DNA from: a virus
Taxonomy: Duplodnaviria > Caudoviricetes
Strand: one strand, 5' to 3'
Virus record (IMG/VR): IMGVR_UViG_3300030107_004068
Location: 1 to 57,712 of that record
Length of the DNA: 57,712 nt
Under the pieces are notes generated by a model. That model was not told where the DNA came from. It was given only the letters and a program-made list of their open reading frames with translations, and did not search any database. Position 1 is the stretch's first letter, and the number at the start of each line of letters is the position of its first letter. The position numbers and the translations under genes are program-made. Shown here one piece after another: positions 47,257-55,844 of this stretch.

Positions 47257-48668
47257 CCTGGTATCTCGTTCACAGTGCATCCAAGTTTTCTGTAGAACCG
47301 CGCTCGCTTCTTGTGCTTGTAGAACAAGCCCCTGCTGTAATCGACCAAGTCCACGACTATTGGTTGCTTCTTGTTTTCTGCTGTTCGCATGATTCGACCA
47401 ATACGTTGCTGCACTCGACCCATAGCGTTCGTTGGCGTGGTCAAGATGAGAGTATCGAGCCCTGGTAGGTCTAAGCCCTCGTCTGCGATTGTGGTGGCAA
47501 AGATCACCTTCACCTCTCGAGACTCGGCAGCAGCCATAGTTTCTGCTCGCTGCTTCTTACTCATCTTTCCAACAAGAGCAGCAGAGCTAGCTCCTCGGTC
47601 TGCAACCTTCTCTGCCATATCTATGCAGTGCTGCACTCGATCTGACAAAACCAGGATCTGTCGATCGTCTTCCAGAAACCCATCGATAAGGTCGAGGATC
47701 TGATTGTTTCGGCCTTCGTCTGCACACATCTTGTTCACCAGCTTTGGCCAATCCATGTCGCCTTCTGGATACCATGATGTGATTTGAAACCTCACTTCTG
47801 GTGCGAGCACTCGACCTTCTTCGATCAGTTGCCTCGTTGTGATCCGAACCAACTCATTGCCGAAGTGCCAGTACAGTATCTTGCTGAGCCCGTCAGGCCT
47901 GTCTGGTGTTGCGGTCAGCCCCATCCGCACAGTCGCTGGCATTGCCATCATCACATGGCTGAAGCTGTTTGCTGGAATGTGGTGAGCCTCATCAACGATG
48001 CATACTCCAAACTGCTTTCCCCAGTCATGCAACTCATCCCATCGTTCTTTGGCAAGGGATTGAATCATTGCGATTACGATCTGCCCTGAGTCGTCTTTCT
48101 TTCCTCCGCCCCAGATAGTGACGTGTGGAGCTTCACCGTCCTTTGTTGTCAACTGAGCCTTGATACGATCTTCCCACTGCTTGGCAAGGTCATTGGTGTG
48201 TACCAATACGATTGTTCGTGTAGCGAACTTCGTCATGGCTCCAAGCCCTATCATTGTCTTTCCTGCGCCACATGGTGCGATTACCAACCCCTCCTGCGCC
48301 TTCACCAGTTCTTCCACGGCCTCTTGCTGGTATGGCCTGAGCTTTACCCCTTCCGCCATCTTTAGTCGGCTGTGGCTGCTATCGGTAAGCTCTGGGTACG
48401 ATGTCTTCCATGTGTACTGTAGGCTTTCTGAAAGTGTGACACCCCTGGGTATCATCAACCCGCCGCCCCACTTATGCCACAGTGGAATCGTCTTGCACGC
48501 ATACACATGTTGGTCTGGAATCTGCACCCACTTGCCCTTGTTTCTGAGAGCCATCGCTTGGTGGTACTCAGGGTTGGGGCATCGAAACTTGCTTTTAATC
48601 TTATCGATGTGTGGTGAGGCTGGAGGCAAGAACTTCGCTCCGCCAACCGCGCAGATTGACTCAATCAT
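47253..48668 (-). CDS. Superfamily 2 DEAH helicase
   Basis: LRPYQ, PCGAGKT, VDEAHH, GLTATP.R.DG, EGLDLP and QRIGRIMR. Confidence 0.92.
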   Translation of the reverse strand: MIESICAVGGAKFLPPASPHIDKIKSKFRCPNPEYHQAMALRNKGKWVQIPDQHVYACKTIPLWHKWGGGLMIPRGVTLSESLQYTWKTSYPELTDSSHSRLKMAEGVKLRPYQQEAVEELVKAQEGLVIAPCGAGKTMIGLGAMTKFATRTIVLVHTNDLAKQWEDRIKAQLTTKDGEAPHVTIWGGGKKDDSGQIVIAMIQSLAKERWDELHDWGKQFGVCIVDEAHHIPANSFSHVMMAMPATVRMGLTATPDRPDGLSKILYWHFGNELVRITTRQLIEEGRVLAPEVRFQITSWYPEGDMDWPKLVNKMCADEGRNNQILDLIDGFLEDDRQILVLSDRVQHCIDMAEKVADRGASSAALVGKMSKKQRAETMAAAESREVKVIFATTIADEGLDLPGLDTLILTTPTNAMGRVQQRIGRIMRTAENKKQPIVVDLVDYSRGLFYKHKKRARFYRKLGCTVNEIPG

Positions 48669-48687
48669 GGTGTTTCTCCTAACACTA

Positions 48688-48716
48688 AATGTAGTGCAAA
48701 ATCATTGTGGTGTCAA
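48688..48716 (-). promoter_or_regulatory. Sigma70-like promoter
   Basis: TTGACA-17 nt-TACATT upstream of the SF2 helicase. Confidence 0.7.
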
Positions 48717-48764
48717 TGTGGTGAGGCATCTGTACGCCATGCCTCCCTGCGCGGACGGACTAGT

Positions 48765-50087
48765 CTACTCTTCATTCAGAGAAACGTTGCAAAACCAAAT
48801 CTCTTCTTCAGCATCCCACTGAAGCATACTGTGCCCAGGCTCCCCGTCTGTTGGGACAAGGTAGACACCAGCGTTCTTCATTAGGATTGTTCGCTCAGCT
48901 ACGGTTTCTGTTCCATCATCATTGATAAGCTTGACGTAGACTACATCTTGTGTTTCTTCGTCACCTTCATCACCAGCATCACCCTCGTCTGCATACGACC
49001 ATGGGATATCATCGTCGATATCTGGCTCTGGCTGCTTGAGTCGGGGCAGGCCATCTGCGATGCTCGGCTCGTCTTCAGAGTCTTCGACTACTTCCTCGGC
49101 GTGGTTTACCTTTCGTCGAATCACCGTCTCTACCTTGTCGTTCTCGACAATCTCGACGGGCACGTCTTGATACCAGCCAGACACTGGGATGCCATCGATG
49201 CGCTTAGTCTTCTTCTTCCATCCAAGCGCCTTCATGGTTGCGCCAATCGATAGCTTGACCTTGTGAGACATGTCCTGCTCTGTTTCAGGAATCTCGATGT
49301 CATTTGCAATGAAGTCATAGCATTTGATAGCAAGCTCGAATGATGTGATTCCATTGTGAAGGTCTACATCATTAACGATACGAGCAGACAGTTCTTCGTC
49401 TGGCTTGACTCCGCTTCCCTTTCGCTTCTTCCTTGGGCTCTTTACAACCTCTGGCTCCTCAGACGTGAACTGCTCCATGTCATCGAACACATCATCAAAG
49501 TCGTTGGACTCTTCTTCAGCCTGTGATTCAACAGGAGGCTCTGCAGTAGTATTGAACGACCAATCCTTTGGTGGATACCAGCGATAGGCTCGAACACCAT
49601 TAGTCATCTGGCGACGACGCTCCCATCCCAGATTGCGTAGAGCTACACCGACAGCCTGTTCGAGTGTGCGATACCCAACGGTTGCATTCTTGTGAAGCAT
49701 GAAGCGATCGATCAGATTGGAGATCTCCATCCCAATAGATCCCTCGTCCAGCAAAGTATCAAGAAGCTCGGAATACTCACTGCCAAGGTTGTCCAGATCA
49801 GGACCAGACTTCTTTGTGGTAGCAGACTCTGTGTCTTCTGAACCGTTGTTGGCAGCAACAATCAGTCCCATCTCAACTTCCTCAAAGGTGAGAGTCTTCC
49901 CATAGGCTGCAGCCATGTAGACCAGAACATCAGCAATCGAGTGTTTGGTTGCTTTGTTTCCTCTGTCCATCAATCCTTTGCCGTTCTGGGTAAACCGACC
50001 GGTAAGGATGTTGTCGTTCATAGCTGCCAGATAGACGCTGTATGCGCCAACTGCCTTCTTAATCTTGTCAGCAGTTTCCATTGTCAC
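48765..50087 (-). CDS. Protein with two VapE-C-terminal-like winged-helix repeats and no ATPase
   Basis: VGVALRNLGWERRRQMTNGVRAYRWY and IGATMKALGWKKKTKRIDGIPVSGWY resemble the helicase C-terminus. Confidence 0.65.
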   Translation of the reverse strand: MTMETADKIKKAVGAYSVYLAAMNDNILTGRFTQNGKGLMDRGNKATKHSIADVLVYMAAAYGKTLTFEEVEMGLIVAANNGSEDTESATTKKSGPDLDNLGSEYSELLDTLLDEGSIGMEISNLIDRFMLHKNATVGYRTLEQAVGVALRNLGWERRRQMTNGVRAYRWYPPKDWSFNTTAEPPVESQAEEESNDFDDVFDDMEQFTSEEPEVVKSPRKKRKGSGVKPDEELSARIVNDVDLHNGITSFELAIKCYDFIANDIEIPETEQDMSHKVKLSIGATMKALGWKKKTKRIDGIPVSGWYQDVPVEIVENDKVETVIRRKVNHAEEVVEDSEDEPSIADGLPRLKQPEPDIDDDIPWSYADEGDAGDEGDEETQDVVYVKLINDDGTETVAERTILMKNAGVYLVPTDGEPGHSMLQWDAEEEIWFCNVSLNEE

Positions 50088-50106
50088 ACCTCCAGTGTGT
50101 TCTTTT

Positions 50107-50514
50107 TTATTCCTCTACCATTACGGTAGTGGGTACAAGTTCTCTCATTAGTTTGGCAAGCGATTGCTTGTCTTCCTCTGTCGGGAGGCCTCGTGCAATG
50201 CGCTCAACAAAACCAAACAGCGGCTGTTCTCCACCGTCTATCAATCCATAGACCCAGTGCGTTGCTGCAGTGAATCCAAGAGGATGATCCAGGTCAATGA
50301 CCAAAGCATCCATTTGGCAGGGAATGCTCGTTCCCTTGTCATCGATGATCATGCAATGACTCTCGTGCTCATCACCCCATGGTCTTACAGTCAGACACAT
50401 GTTGTCTCGGACTGGGAATCCTTCTGGTGCTTTGTCATCCAGTAGCTTCACAGGAGTTCCGATCACAACATCCATCTGCTGCAAGGTTGGGATGTCTTCT
50501 ACCCATTCACTCAT
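50107..50514 (-). CDS. Hypothetical protein
   Basis: 135 aa with AAGGAG RBS. Confidence 0.6.
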   Translation of the reverse strand: MSEWVEDIPTLQQMDVVIGTPVKLLDDKAPEGFPVRDNMCLTVRPWGDEHESHCMIIDDKGTSIPCQMDALVIDLDHPLGFTAATHWVYGLIDGGEQPLFGFVERIARGLPTEEDKQSLAKLMRELVPTTVMVEE

Positions 50515-50810
50515 TATCGCTCCTTCCTTCGAGCTTCATAGCTTTCGTACTCAGCATCTTCCTTCAACTCTCGAAGGTGTTTGTGAAGGTTGTTGTATAC
50601 ATATTCTTCTTCGCATGGGGTAAGTTCGACCCTGTTGCCATCATCATCAATACAGTCGCCAATACTAATCTCTCCAGGGCTACCGGGCGAGTCCCATGTC
50701 TGTCTTTGTTCTTCAAGAAAGACGACATTGATGTGAACCTCAACCTCGTTGATGAGTTCACCAGAGTCGTCATAGACTTCTCTAAGCATTGTCATTGTTG
50801 TGTCTGCCAT
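50514..50810 (-). CDS. Acidic hypothetical protein
   Basis: AGGAGG RBS; QTWDSPGSP motif. Confidence 0.6.
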   Translation of the reverse strand: MADTTMTMLREVYDDSGELINEVEVHINVVFLEEQRQTWDSPGSPGEISIGDCIDDDGNRVELTPCEEEYVYNNLHKHLRELKEDAEYESYEARRKER

Positions 50811-50832
50811 TGTTCCTCCTTGTGGTGTTGGC

Positions 50833-50863
50833 GTAGCCTAACACGGCTACATCTAATAGTCAA
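50833..50863 (-). promoter_or_regulatory. Promoter overlapped by GTAGCC-N6-GGCTAC palindrome
   Basis: TTGACT-17 nt-TAGGCT; palindrome at 50833-50850. Confidence 0.55.
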
Positions 50864-51066
50864 TGAATGTCTGCGTCCATGTTCGCAGATTGCAGGGCCA
50901 GCCTTGCGAACTCCCAGGCGCCCAGGTCCATCTCTGGATTGCGGTATTGGTTAACGTCTACAGCAAACTCCAACTGCTCTACGGCGTGGGTGATTGCGAA
51001 CAGAGCTTGCCACAACTGGTCAGCGTTTTCTGGGTTGATCTTAGGTGTGTTTTTCTTCTTAGTCAT
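50860..51066 (-). CDS. Hypothetical protein
   Basis: AAGGA RBS; translationally coupled. Confidence 0.55.
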   Translation of the reverse strand: MTKKKNTPKINPENADQLWQALFAITHAVEQLEFAVDVNQYRNPEMDLGAWEFARLALQSANMDADIH

Positions 51067-51296
51067 TGTTGATTCCTTTCTTTGTTTTTGATTCGATGTT
51101 CTGCGCTTCTTGCGAGCTTGTGTAGTCCTTGTCGTTGTGCTTCTAAGAGCACCTCCTTTGGGTCATATCCATCCATCACAAGTGAAGTCCATGGGACTGT
51201 TCTCCTGTGTAGTCTTTCGTCAGTAAGATCCATTGCCTTTGTCTTCATTTCATTTGCCTTAGTAGATTGGTGTGACAATTGAAAAGCCGTGCTCAT
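51063..51296 (-). CDS. Hypothetical protein
   Basis: Short ORF in the operon; start uncertain. Confidence 0.45.
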   Translation of the reverse strand: MSTAFQLSHQSTKANEMKTKAMDLTDERLHRRTVPWTSLVMDGYDPKEVLLEAQRQGLHKLARSAEHRIKNKERNQQ

Positions 51297-52680
51297 GTGG
51301 GTTTACCTCCCACTCGCTCAATGGTGACCTTCCGTTCGCGGACATGATTGCTCGGTTGGCTCTGTAGACATCTCTGAGGTTGAGCGCGTCAGGCTCTGGC
51401 CCAAAGTCTAAGCCCCAGTGTTCACACCCTGAAAGCAGCTTCTTTCTTGCCTCTTCGTACTTAAGGCCCTCTCTTGGTGCGAGCGTCAGGTGCAGGCCCT
51501 CAAGTTGCTTAAGGGCGTCATCGTATGTGCCCATCTTAAGGTGTGCCACCCATGCGGCCATTGTGCCCCTGGGAATATCAAAGACTTTGGCTGCAACCTT
51601 TGTCCCTACAAGCTGTGCATATCTTGCGGCGTATGGCCTGAGCGCCAGTTCTCCTTGCGATGCGGTGATGGCCCGGTAGTAGCCATAGGTTTTTGCGCCA
51701 TACTCAAAGTAAGAACATCCTTTGTACTCAGGCTGCTCTCTGCACAGCAGGTCAAGAACAATCCCGTGGGCAACAACGAATGTCATTGTGACGAACGGTG
51801 TGCCGTGCTGGTTTCCGTTTCTGCTGTGGTATCCAAGGAGCCCGCCTTGAAGTATTCCCATCGCAGCGTCAAGGTCTTGAACGGTTCCCCCAACCCTAAT
51901 CCTTCCACAGTTGAGGGCTTCAACCGCTTCCTCTTGAATCATTCTTGACATTAAGCATTCGCGCAGAACCTCCAACCTCGACACGCATGTTCCGAGATAG
52001 CTAATCTTTCCGCCTTTCGTTACCGCGTTACGCAAAGCCATGTCAGAAACTGTGCGATGTTTCCCGTTGCGCCTTGCTTCATGCCACTCTCTTAGAAGAG
52101 ACTGCTCTCCAATGTCGATGAGCTTGCGGGGCTCGAATGGTCCGTTCATCATCATGCGTGCAGCAATCTCATTTCCAGTAGACCTGAACTGTTTTGCGTA
52201 CATCTTTCGCAGGTTGCGAGGCAGCTTGGACACCACCTTACCGTTGGCCCGCTTATACTCTCGGCCCTTCAGCATTGTGACTGAGAGAATCAATGGCTGG
52301 CTCTTGTCTGCGTTGTTGATGACATTGACCAGCGTGTTGATATTTGGCATGGTCAAGCCGCCGCAGAAGTCTACGTGTGCCATGTTGTAATGCACGTTTG
52401 GGTTCTTTACTACCGACCCAAGTTGTCCATGCATCACCTTCATGCCTGGAAACCTCTGCCTACACTTGTCAACGCTGTCTTTCGACATGTCCACTGCGGT
52501 GATTTTATCGTGGTCGATACCCCAACCATCGAGAGCAGATAGGTCGCCACCGTCACCGGCAAGGACAAGGATGCCATCGTTGCTCATGTTGAGCCAGTTT
52601 GCGAAGTAGAACATCTGGTGCCACATCCTGCACCTGGTGATTTTCTTTCCAGGGCTGTCGCCCTTGTATGTACTGCTCAT
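51259..52680 (-). CDS. SAM-dependent methyltransferase-like N-terminal domain plus C-terminal HTH-like segment
   Basis: ILVLAGDGGD..ITAVDMS..V..CR...VMHG...HVDFCG Rossmann pattern; TKVAAKVFDIPRGTMAAWV. Confidence 0.55.
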   Translation of the reverse strand: MSSTYKGDSPGKKITRCRMWHQMFYFANWLNMSNDGILVLAGDGGDLSALDGWGIDHDKITAVDMSKDSVDKCRQRFPGMKVMHGQLGSVVKNPNVHYNMAHVDFCGGLTMPNINTLVNVINNADKSQPLILSVTMLKGREYKRANGKVVSKLPRNLRKMYAKQFRSTGNEIAARMMMNGPFEPRKLIDIGEQSLLREWHEARRNGKHRTVSDMALRNAVTKGGKISYLGTCVSRLEVLRECLMSRMIQEEAVEALNCGRIRVGGTVQDLDAAMGILQGGLLGYHSRNGNQHGTPFVTMTFVVAHGIVLDLLCREQPEYKGCSYFEYGAKTYGYYRAITASQGELALRPYAARYAQLVGTKVAAKVFDIPRGTMAAWVAHLKMGTYDDALKQLEGLHLTLAPREGLKYEEARKKLLSGCEHWGLDFGPEPDALNLRDVYRANRAIMSANGRSPLSEWEVNPHEHGFSIVTPIY

Positions 52681-52707
52681 GATGTTTCTCCTTTGTGGTG
52701 TAATATT

Positions 52708-52725
52708 GTAGCCTGCCTTGGCTAC
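52708..52725. promoter_or_regulatory. GTAGCC-N6-GGCTAC palindrome overlapping a TACAAT -10 box
   Basis: Second copy of the palindrome seen at 50833. Confidence 0.55.
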
Positions 52726-52734
52726 GGTGGTCGG

Positions 52735-52923
52735 TCAGATTCTGTCCGTGTTCCTTGTGGCAATGTTCTGAGCCCTTACGATCTTCGATGAAGTGCTCTC
52801 GTTAGGTGGTGGTCGGCACTCCTGTTGCTCGACCATCGTTGGGTTTGGTTTGTGACATGCTCTGCAAACGTGCAGGTCATCCCAGTAGGTATCGTATGCA
52901 TTACAGCATTCAGTCCGCAGCAT
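52735..52923 (-). CDS. Small zinc-finger-like protein
   Basis: ECC...CRAC; GGAGG RBS. Confidence 0.45.
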   Translation of the reverse strand: MLRTECCNAYDTYWDDLHVCRACHKPNPTMVEQQECRPPPNESTSSKIVRAQNIATRNTDRI

Positions 52924-53500
52924 CGATTGCCTCCTCGTCCTCTTCGTCGCACTTGTCTCGGAAGGCTTGGAACTCAGCATGAGTTGCAGAGGTAGGGGTG
53001 AACCCAGCCCTCAGCATCTGTTCTGACGAGAGCTTACAGAAGGACTCTTCGGACCCAGTGGTAGGCCAACGCTCCGCCTCATCGTACACTTCTTTGGCGT
53101 GGCGAAGGATCTCACGGTCACGGTCGAAGCCAGCAACTATAGTGCCTGGACGGTCAACGAACCGCTCGAAGTTCTCAATCATATCGCCCAGCGCGAGCAA
53201 CACCTTGTCCTCTTTGGCCTCTTTCTTTTTGTGAAAGGTCCGTGCTCCACACGCTTCCCCATAGATAGATGCGAGTTCGTGTACGCCGATGTCCCAGGCT
53301 TTGAGGTTCTCATCGTCCAGTTGACACAGGTGATTCCAAAGGTGGTACACAGCGTCAGCCAGATTCTCCAGGTACTCACGAGAGTCGTGTGTCCGGCATG
53401 GTAGACCAGCGTTGGTAAGCAGCGAAATAATATAGAGCGCACGAGAGTCCAGGTTTTCGTGGTCAGCAAGATCTTGAAGTGCGTGTTGTTTTTCAGACAT
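52910..53500 (-). CDS. Hypothetical protein
   Basis: GAGGAG RBS; 196 aa. Confidence 0.6.
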   Translation of the reverse strand: MSEKQHALQDLADHENLDSRALYIISLLTNAGLPCRTHDSREYLENLADAVYHLWNHLCQLDDENLKAWDIGVHELASIYGEACGARTFHKKKEAKEDKVLLALGDMIENFERFVDRPGTIVAGFDRDREILRHAKEVYDEAERWPTTGSEESFCKLSSEQMLRAGFTPTSATHAEFQAFRDKCDEEDEEAIDAAD

Positions 53501-53514
53501 GTTGTTGTTTCTCC

Positions 53515-53880
53515 TCATCCGTAGATGACGCTGCCGAAGCAGGCTTGTTGGGTGATAGCGTCTGCGATGTCAGAACCGACATCAGCGCAGCAATGGTTGT
53601 GTACAAGGTTGTCGATTGCGGACATGTAGTAGCTGTTGAGCGTGCGCTCGGTGAACAGTTGAACCACCGCACGCTCGGTTGCGGCGCGGGTGATTGTCTT
53701 CTTGATGTGGACTCGCTCACCAGTTTCGAGCTTGGTCTTCATGCTATCAACGATGGTGTAGCCCCGGCGTGCCGGTTCCATAGAGCGGGCCCAATAGCTG
53801 ATGCCGTAGTCAGCCATGTCCATGATGGCTTCGAAGTCCTCATCGGTGAGGTTGAACTTGAGTTTGATTGTGGCCATCAC
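53515..53880 (-). CDS. Phage early hypothetical protein
   Basis: GISYWA...ADAITQQACFGSVIYG, a motif I recall from phage early genes. Confidence 0.65.
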   Translation of the reverse strand: MMATIKLKFNLTDEDFEAIMDMADYGISYWARSMEPARRGYTIVDSMKTKLETGERVHIKKTITRAATERAVVQLFTERTLNSYYMSAIDNLVHNHCCADVGSDIADAITQQACFGSVIYG

Positions 53881-54269
53881 TTGGCTCCTACTGGGTTCAT
53901 GGACTCACTCAGTTGGTCCATCTTGTCGTTGGTCTGTTGGTACAGTTCATACCGCTCTGCATCCCACTCGAACTGGAGGCCATCGAACCATGCGAACTTG
54001 TTGTCCAGCGCCTCTTGCAGCAGACGTGCATGCATCTTGAGTCGAGCCTGCGTTGAGCCCAGGTTTGAAGTCCCGGCAAAGTTAGGCAGGTTGCGGATGT
54101 CGAACTCGTGTCCCAAGTATTCGTCAAGGTCTATGGTGTACCACCATGTCAGCCTTAGCTCGATGTTCTCGTCTTTGTAGACGTGGTACACAGGGCGCAC
54201 CTCACCGCTCTCACGGTCAGTGCAAATCATAAAGGCTTCCTCTGGTTTTACGTATGCGAGTGGCATCAC
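53877..54269 (-). CDS. Hypothetical protein
   Basis: AAGGAGG RBS; coupled. Confidence 0.6.
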   Translation of the reverse strand: MMPLAYVKPEEAFMICTDRESGEVRPVYHVYKDENIELRLTWWYTIDLDEYLGHEFDIRNLPNFAGTSNLGSTQARLKMHARLLQEALDNKFAWFDGLQFEWDAERYELYQQTNDKMDQLSESMNPVGAK

Positions 54270-54433
54270 TCACCTCCTTCGCTGTTGATAGATTGCAGGA
54301 GAACATCAAAGGTTTCCTGGCTGCCGACGATGCCACGCTCGTCCTCAGTCAAGTGATGGAAGTTTCCCTCTACAGCCTCAAGCAGGTAGCAGAGGAGCGC
54401 GTTCTTTATCTGGTCAAGCTCTTGAGTAGTCAT
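54266..54433 (-). CDS. Small hypothetical protein
   Basis: First ORF after the promoter at 54469-54497. Confidence 0.5.
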   Translation of the reverse strand: MTTQELDQIKNALLCYLLEAVEGNFHHLTEDERGIVGSQETFDVLLQSINSEGGE

Positions 54434-54468
54434 GGGTTGTTTCTCTCTAAGTGTTGTGGTGAACACTA

Positions 54469-54497
54469 AATATAGTCTTTGTTGTCGAGGGTGTCAA
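54469..54497 (-). promoter_or_regulatory. Sigma70-like early promoter
   Basis: TTGACA-17 nt-TATATT with an AT-rich UP region. Confidence 0.75.
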
Positions 54498-54649
54498 CAG
54501 GTTTTATTAAATAGTTTGACCTTACATTAATAATCTTTGACCCGACATGTGATTGCTGGACATGGTTAGCGTGGGCATTGCGGACCATATAAGGGTAGCT
54601 GAGTGGGGGGATAATGTCAATAACTTTCTGCTTGGTCATGGTTTTGTCC

Positions 54650-54850
54650 AGGGTAGTGGGACAGTTGGCCCTACAGGGGGACAGGCTAAAATGTAGGTTC
54701 TACCTGCTTTACTTTACTGTCCTTACTTGTCCCTACCTTAGTAGTCTAATAGGTAAATAAGTATGGGGTTATTATAATAATGTGTGTAATAATAGGTACG
54801 CAAAGTACTTTATAGGGGGGAGGGGGGGACAGGGGGACAGGTAGGGACAG
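54650..54850. other. Putative replication origin (GGGACAG iterons around an AT-rich core)
   Basis: GGGACAG at 54658, 54678, 54826, 54834 and 54844; inverted TGTCC copies near 54718 and 54728; AT-rich 54740-54812. Confidence 0.55.
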
Positions 54851-54854
54851 AGCC

Positions 54855-55349
54855 CTATTCGTCGTCTATGTCCACTATAGGCTCTATGACTCCAGTAGGA
54901 TGACATAGAAGGTACAGACGAATGCCCTCAGACTCCCAATGCTTGCTCAGTATCGTTGACCAACCATGCAGCAAGTCTAAGGCATACCTCTTGATACCCG
55001 CTGTGCCCTTCATCCAGTTAAACACCCAACGCTCTTTGCTGCCTACTAATGATGCGAAACTACCTAAATCGCCCTCCCGGCCCAGACTCTCCTCAATCTC
55101 GCGATACAATAGGTACAGACGTACACCGCATGCCTGAACCTCGGACTTCAATAATGAACCATCAAGATGAACCGATACATCCTCAAAGAACTGCTCCCGC
55201 TCCTGGGGACTCGCAACACCAGTCGTCCGCTGAACCAACCGAAGAGCACGCAACCAAGGCCTGCCGCCTGAAAAATGTCCGTCGCCTCGCCTCATTAAAT
55301 GGCCTCCTCGGTTTGACACATAACGTATTGTCCCAAAACCAAATGCCAT
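54855..55349 (-). CDS. HTH-containing protein
   Basis: SFASLVGSKERWVFNWMKG; C-terminus resembles the 42229 HTH protein; start uncertain. Confidence 0.55.
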   Translation of the reverse strand: MAFGFGTIRYVSNRGGHLMRRGDGHFSGGRPWLRALRLVQRTTGVASPQEREQFFEDVSVHLDGSLLKSEVQACGVRLYLLYREIEESLGREGDLGSFASLVGSKERWVFNWMKGTAGIKRYALDLLHGWSTILSKHWESEGIRLYLLCHPTGVIEPIVDIDDE

Positions 55350-55665
55350 GGATTAATCGTTATTCTGCCTGCGGTGGAAAATGGGTTCGTGCGGCCTTCG
55401 CAAATGTCCGTCCATCCGTTTGGGACAACGCATTTCTGCAACACGCCCATAGTATAGGTTTAACCCGCAATATCGACAGGCACGTTCGGCTCCAGTCCCT
55501 CGTCAACCCGAAAACTGCGGAGAGTGAGGGTGCGTCAGCCTCCCGGCGAGTGCGCAAAATCCTGCGTCGTGGTCGCCGCCGACAACAGGGCTGAGCCCCC
55601 AGAGCGAGCGCCTGCCTGGAGTGGGTGATGCCGAGCTGGTTCCACTGCGTCACCATACCCGGAGA

Positions 55666-55694
55666 GCGCGCGCGCGTGCGTTGAATGATAGGGC
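55666..55694. repeat. (GC)n + TGATAGGGC cassette, copy 1 (degenerate)
   Basis: GCGCGCGCGCGTGCG-TTGAA-TGATAGGGC. Confidence 0.7.
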
Positions 55695-55844
55695 GCGGGG
55701 TTGAGGCGACGGGGGAAGGACAAGAACCCCCGCCGCCAGGTTGCTACGACATCAGCCGTAGCGCAACCCCCAGCATTATATAGACCATGGCGATGTACGC
55801 CAGTGTACAAACGATATTCAATAGCAGTTCGGAAGCTCGGGCCA

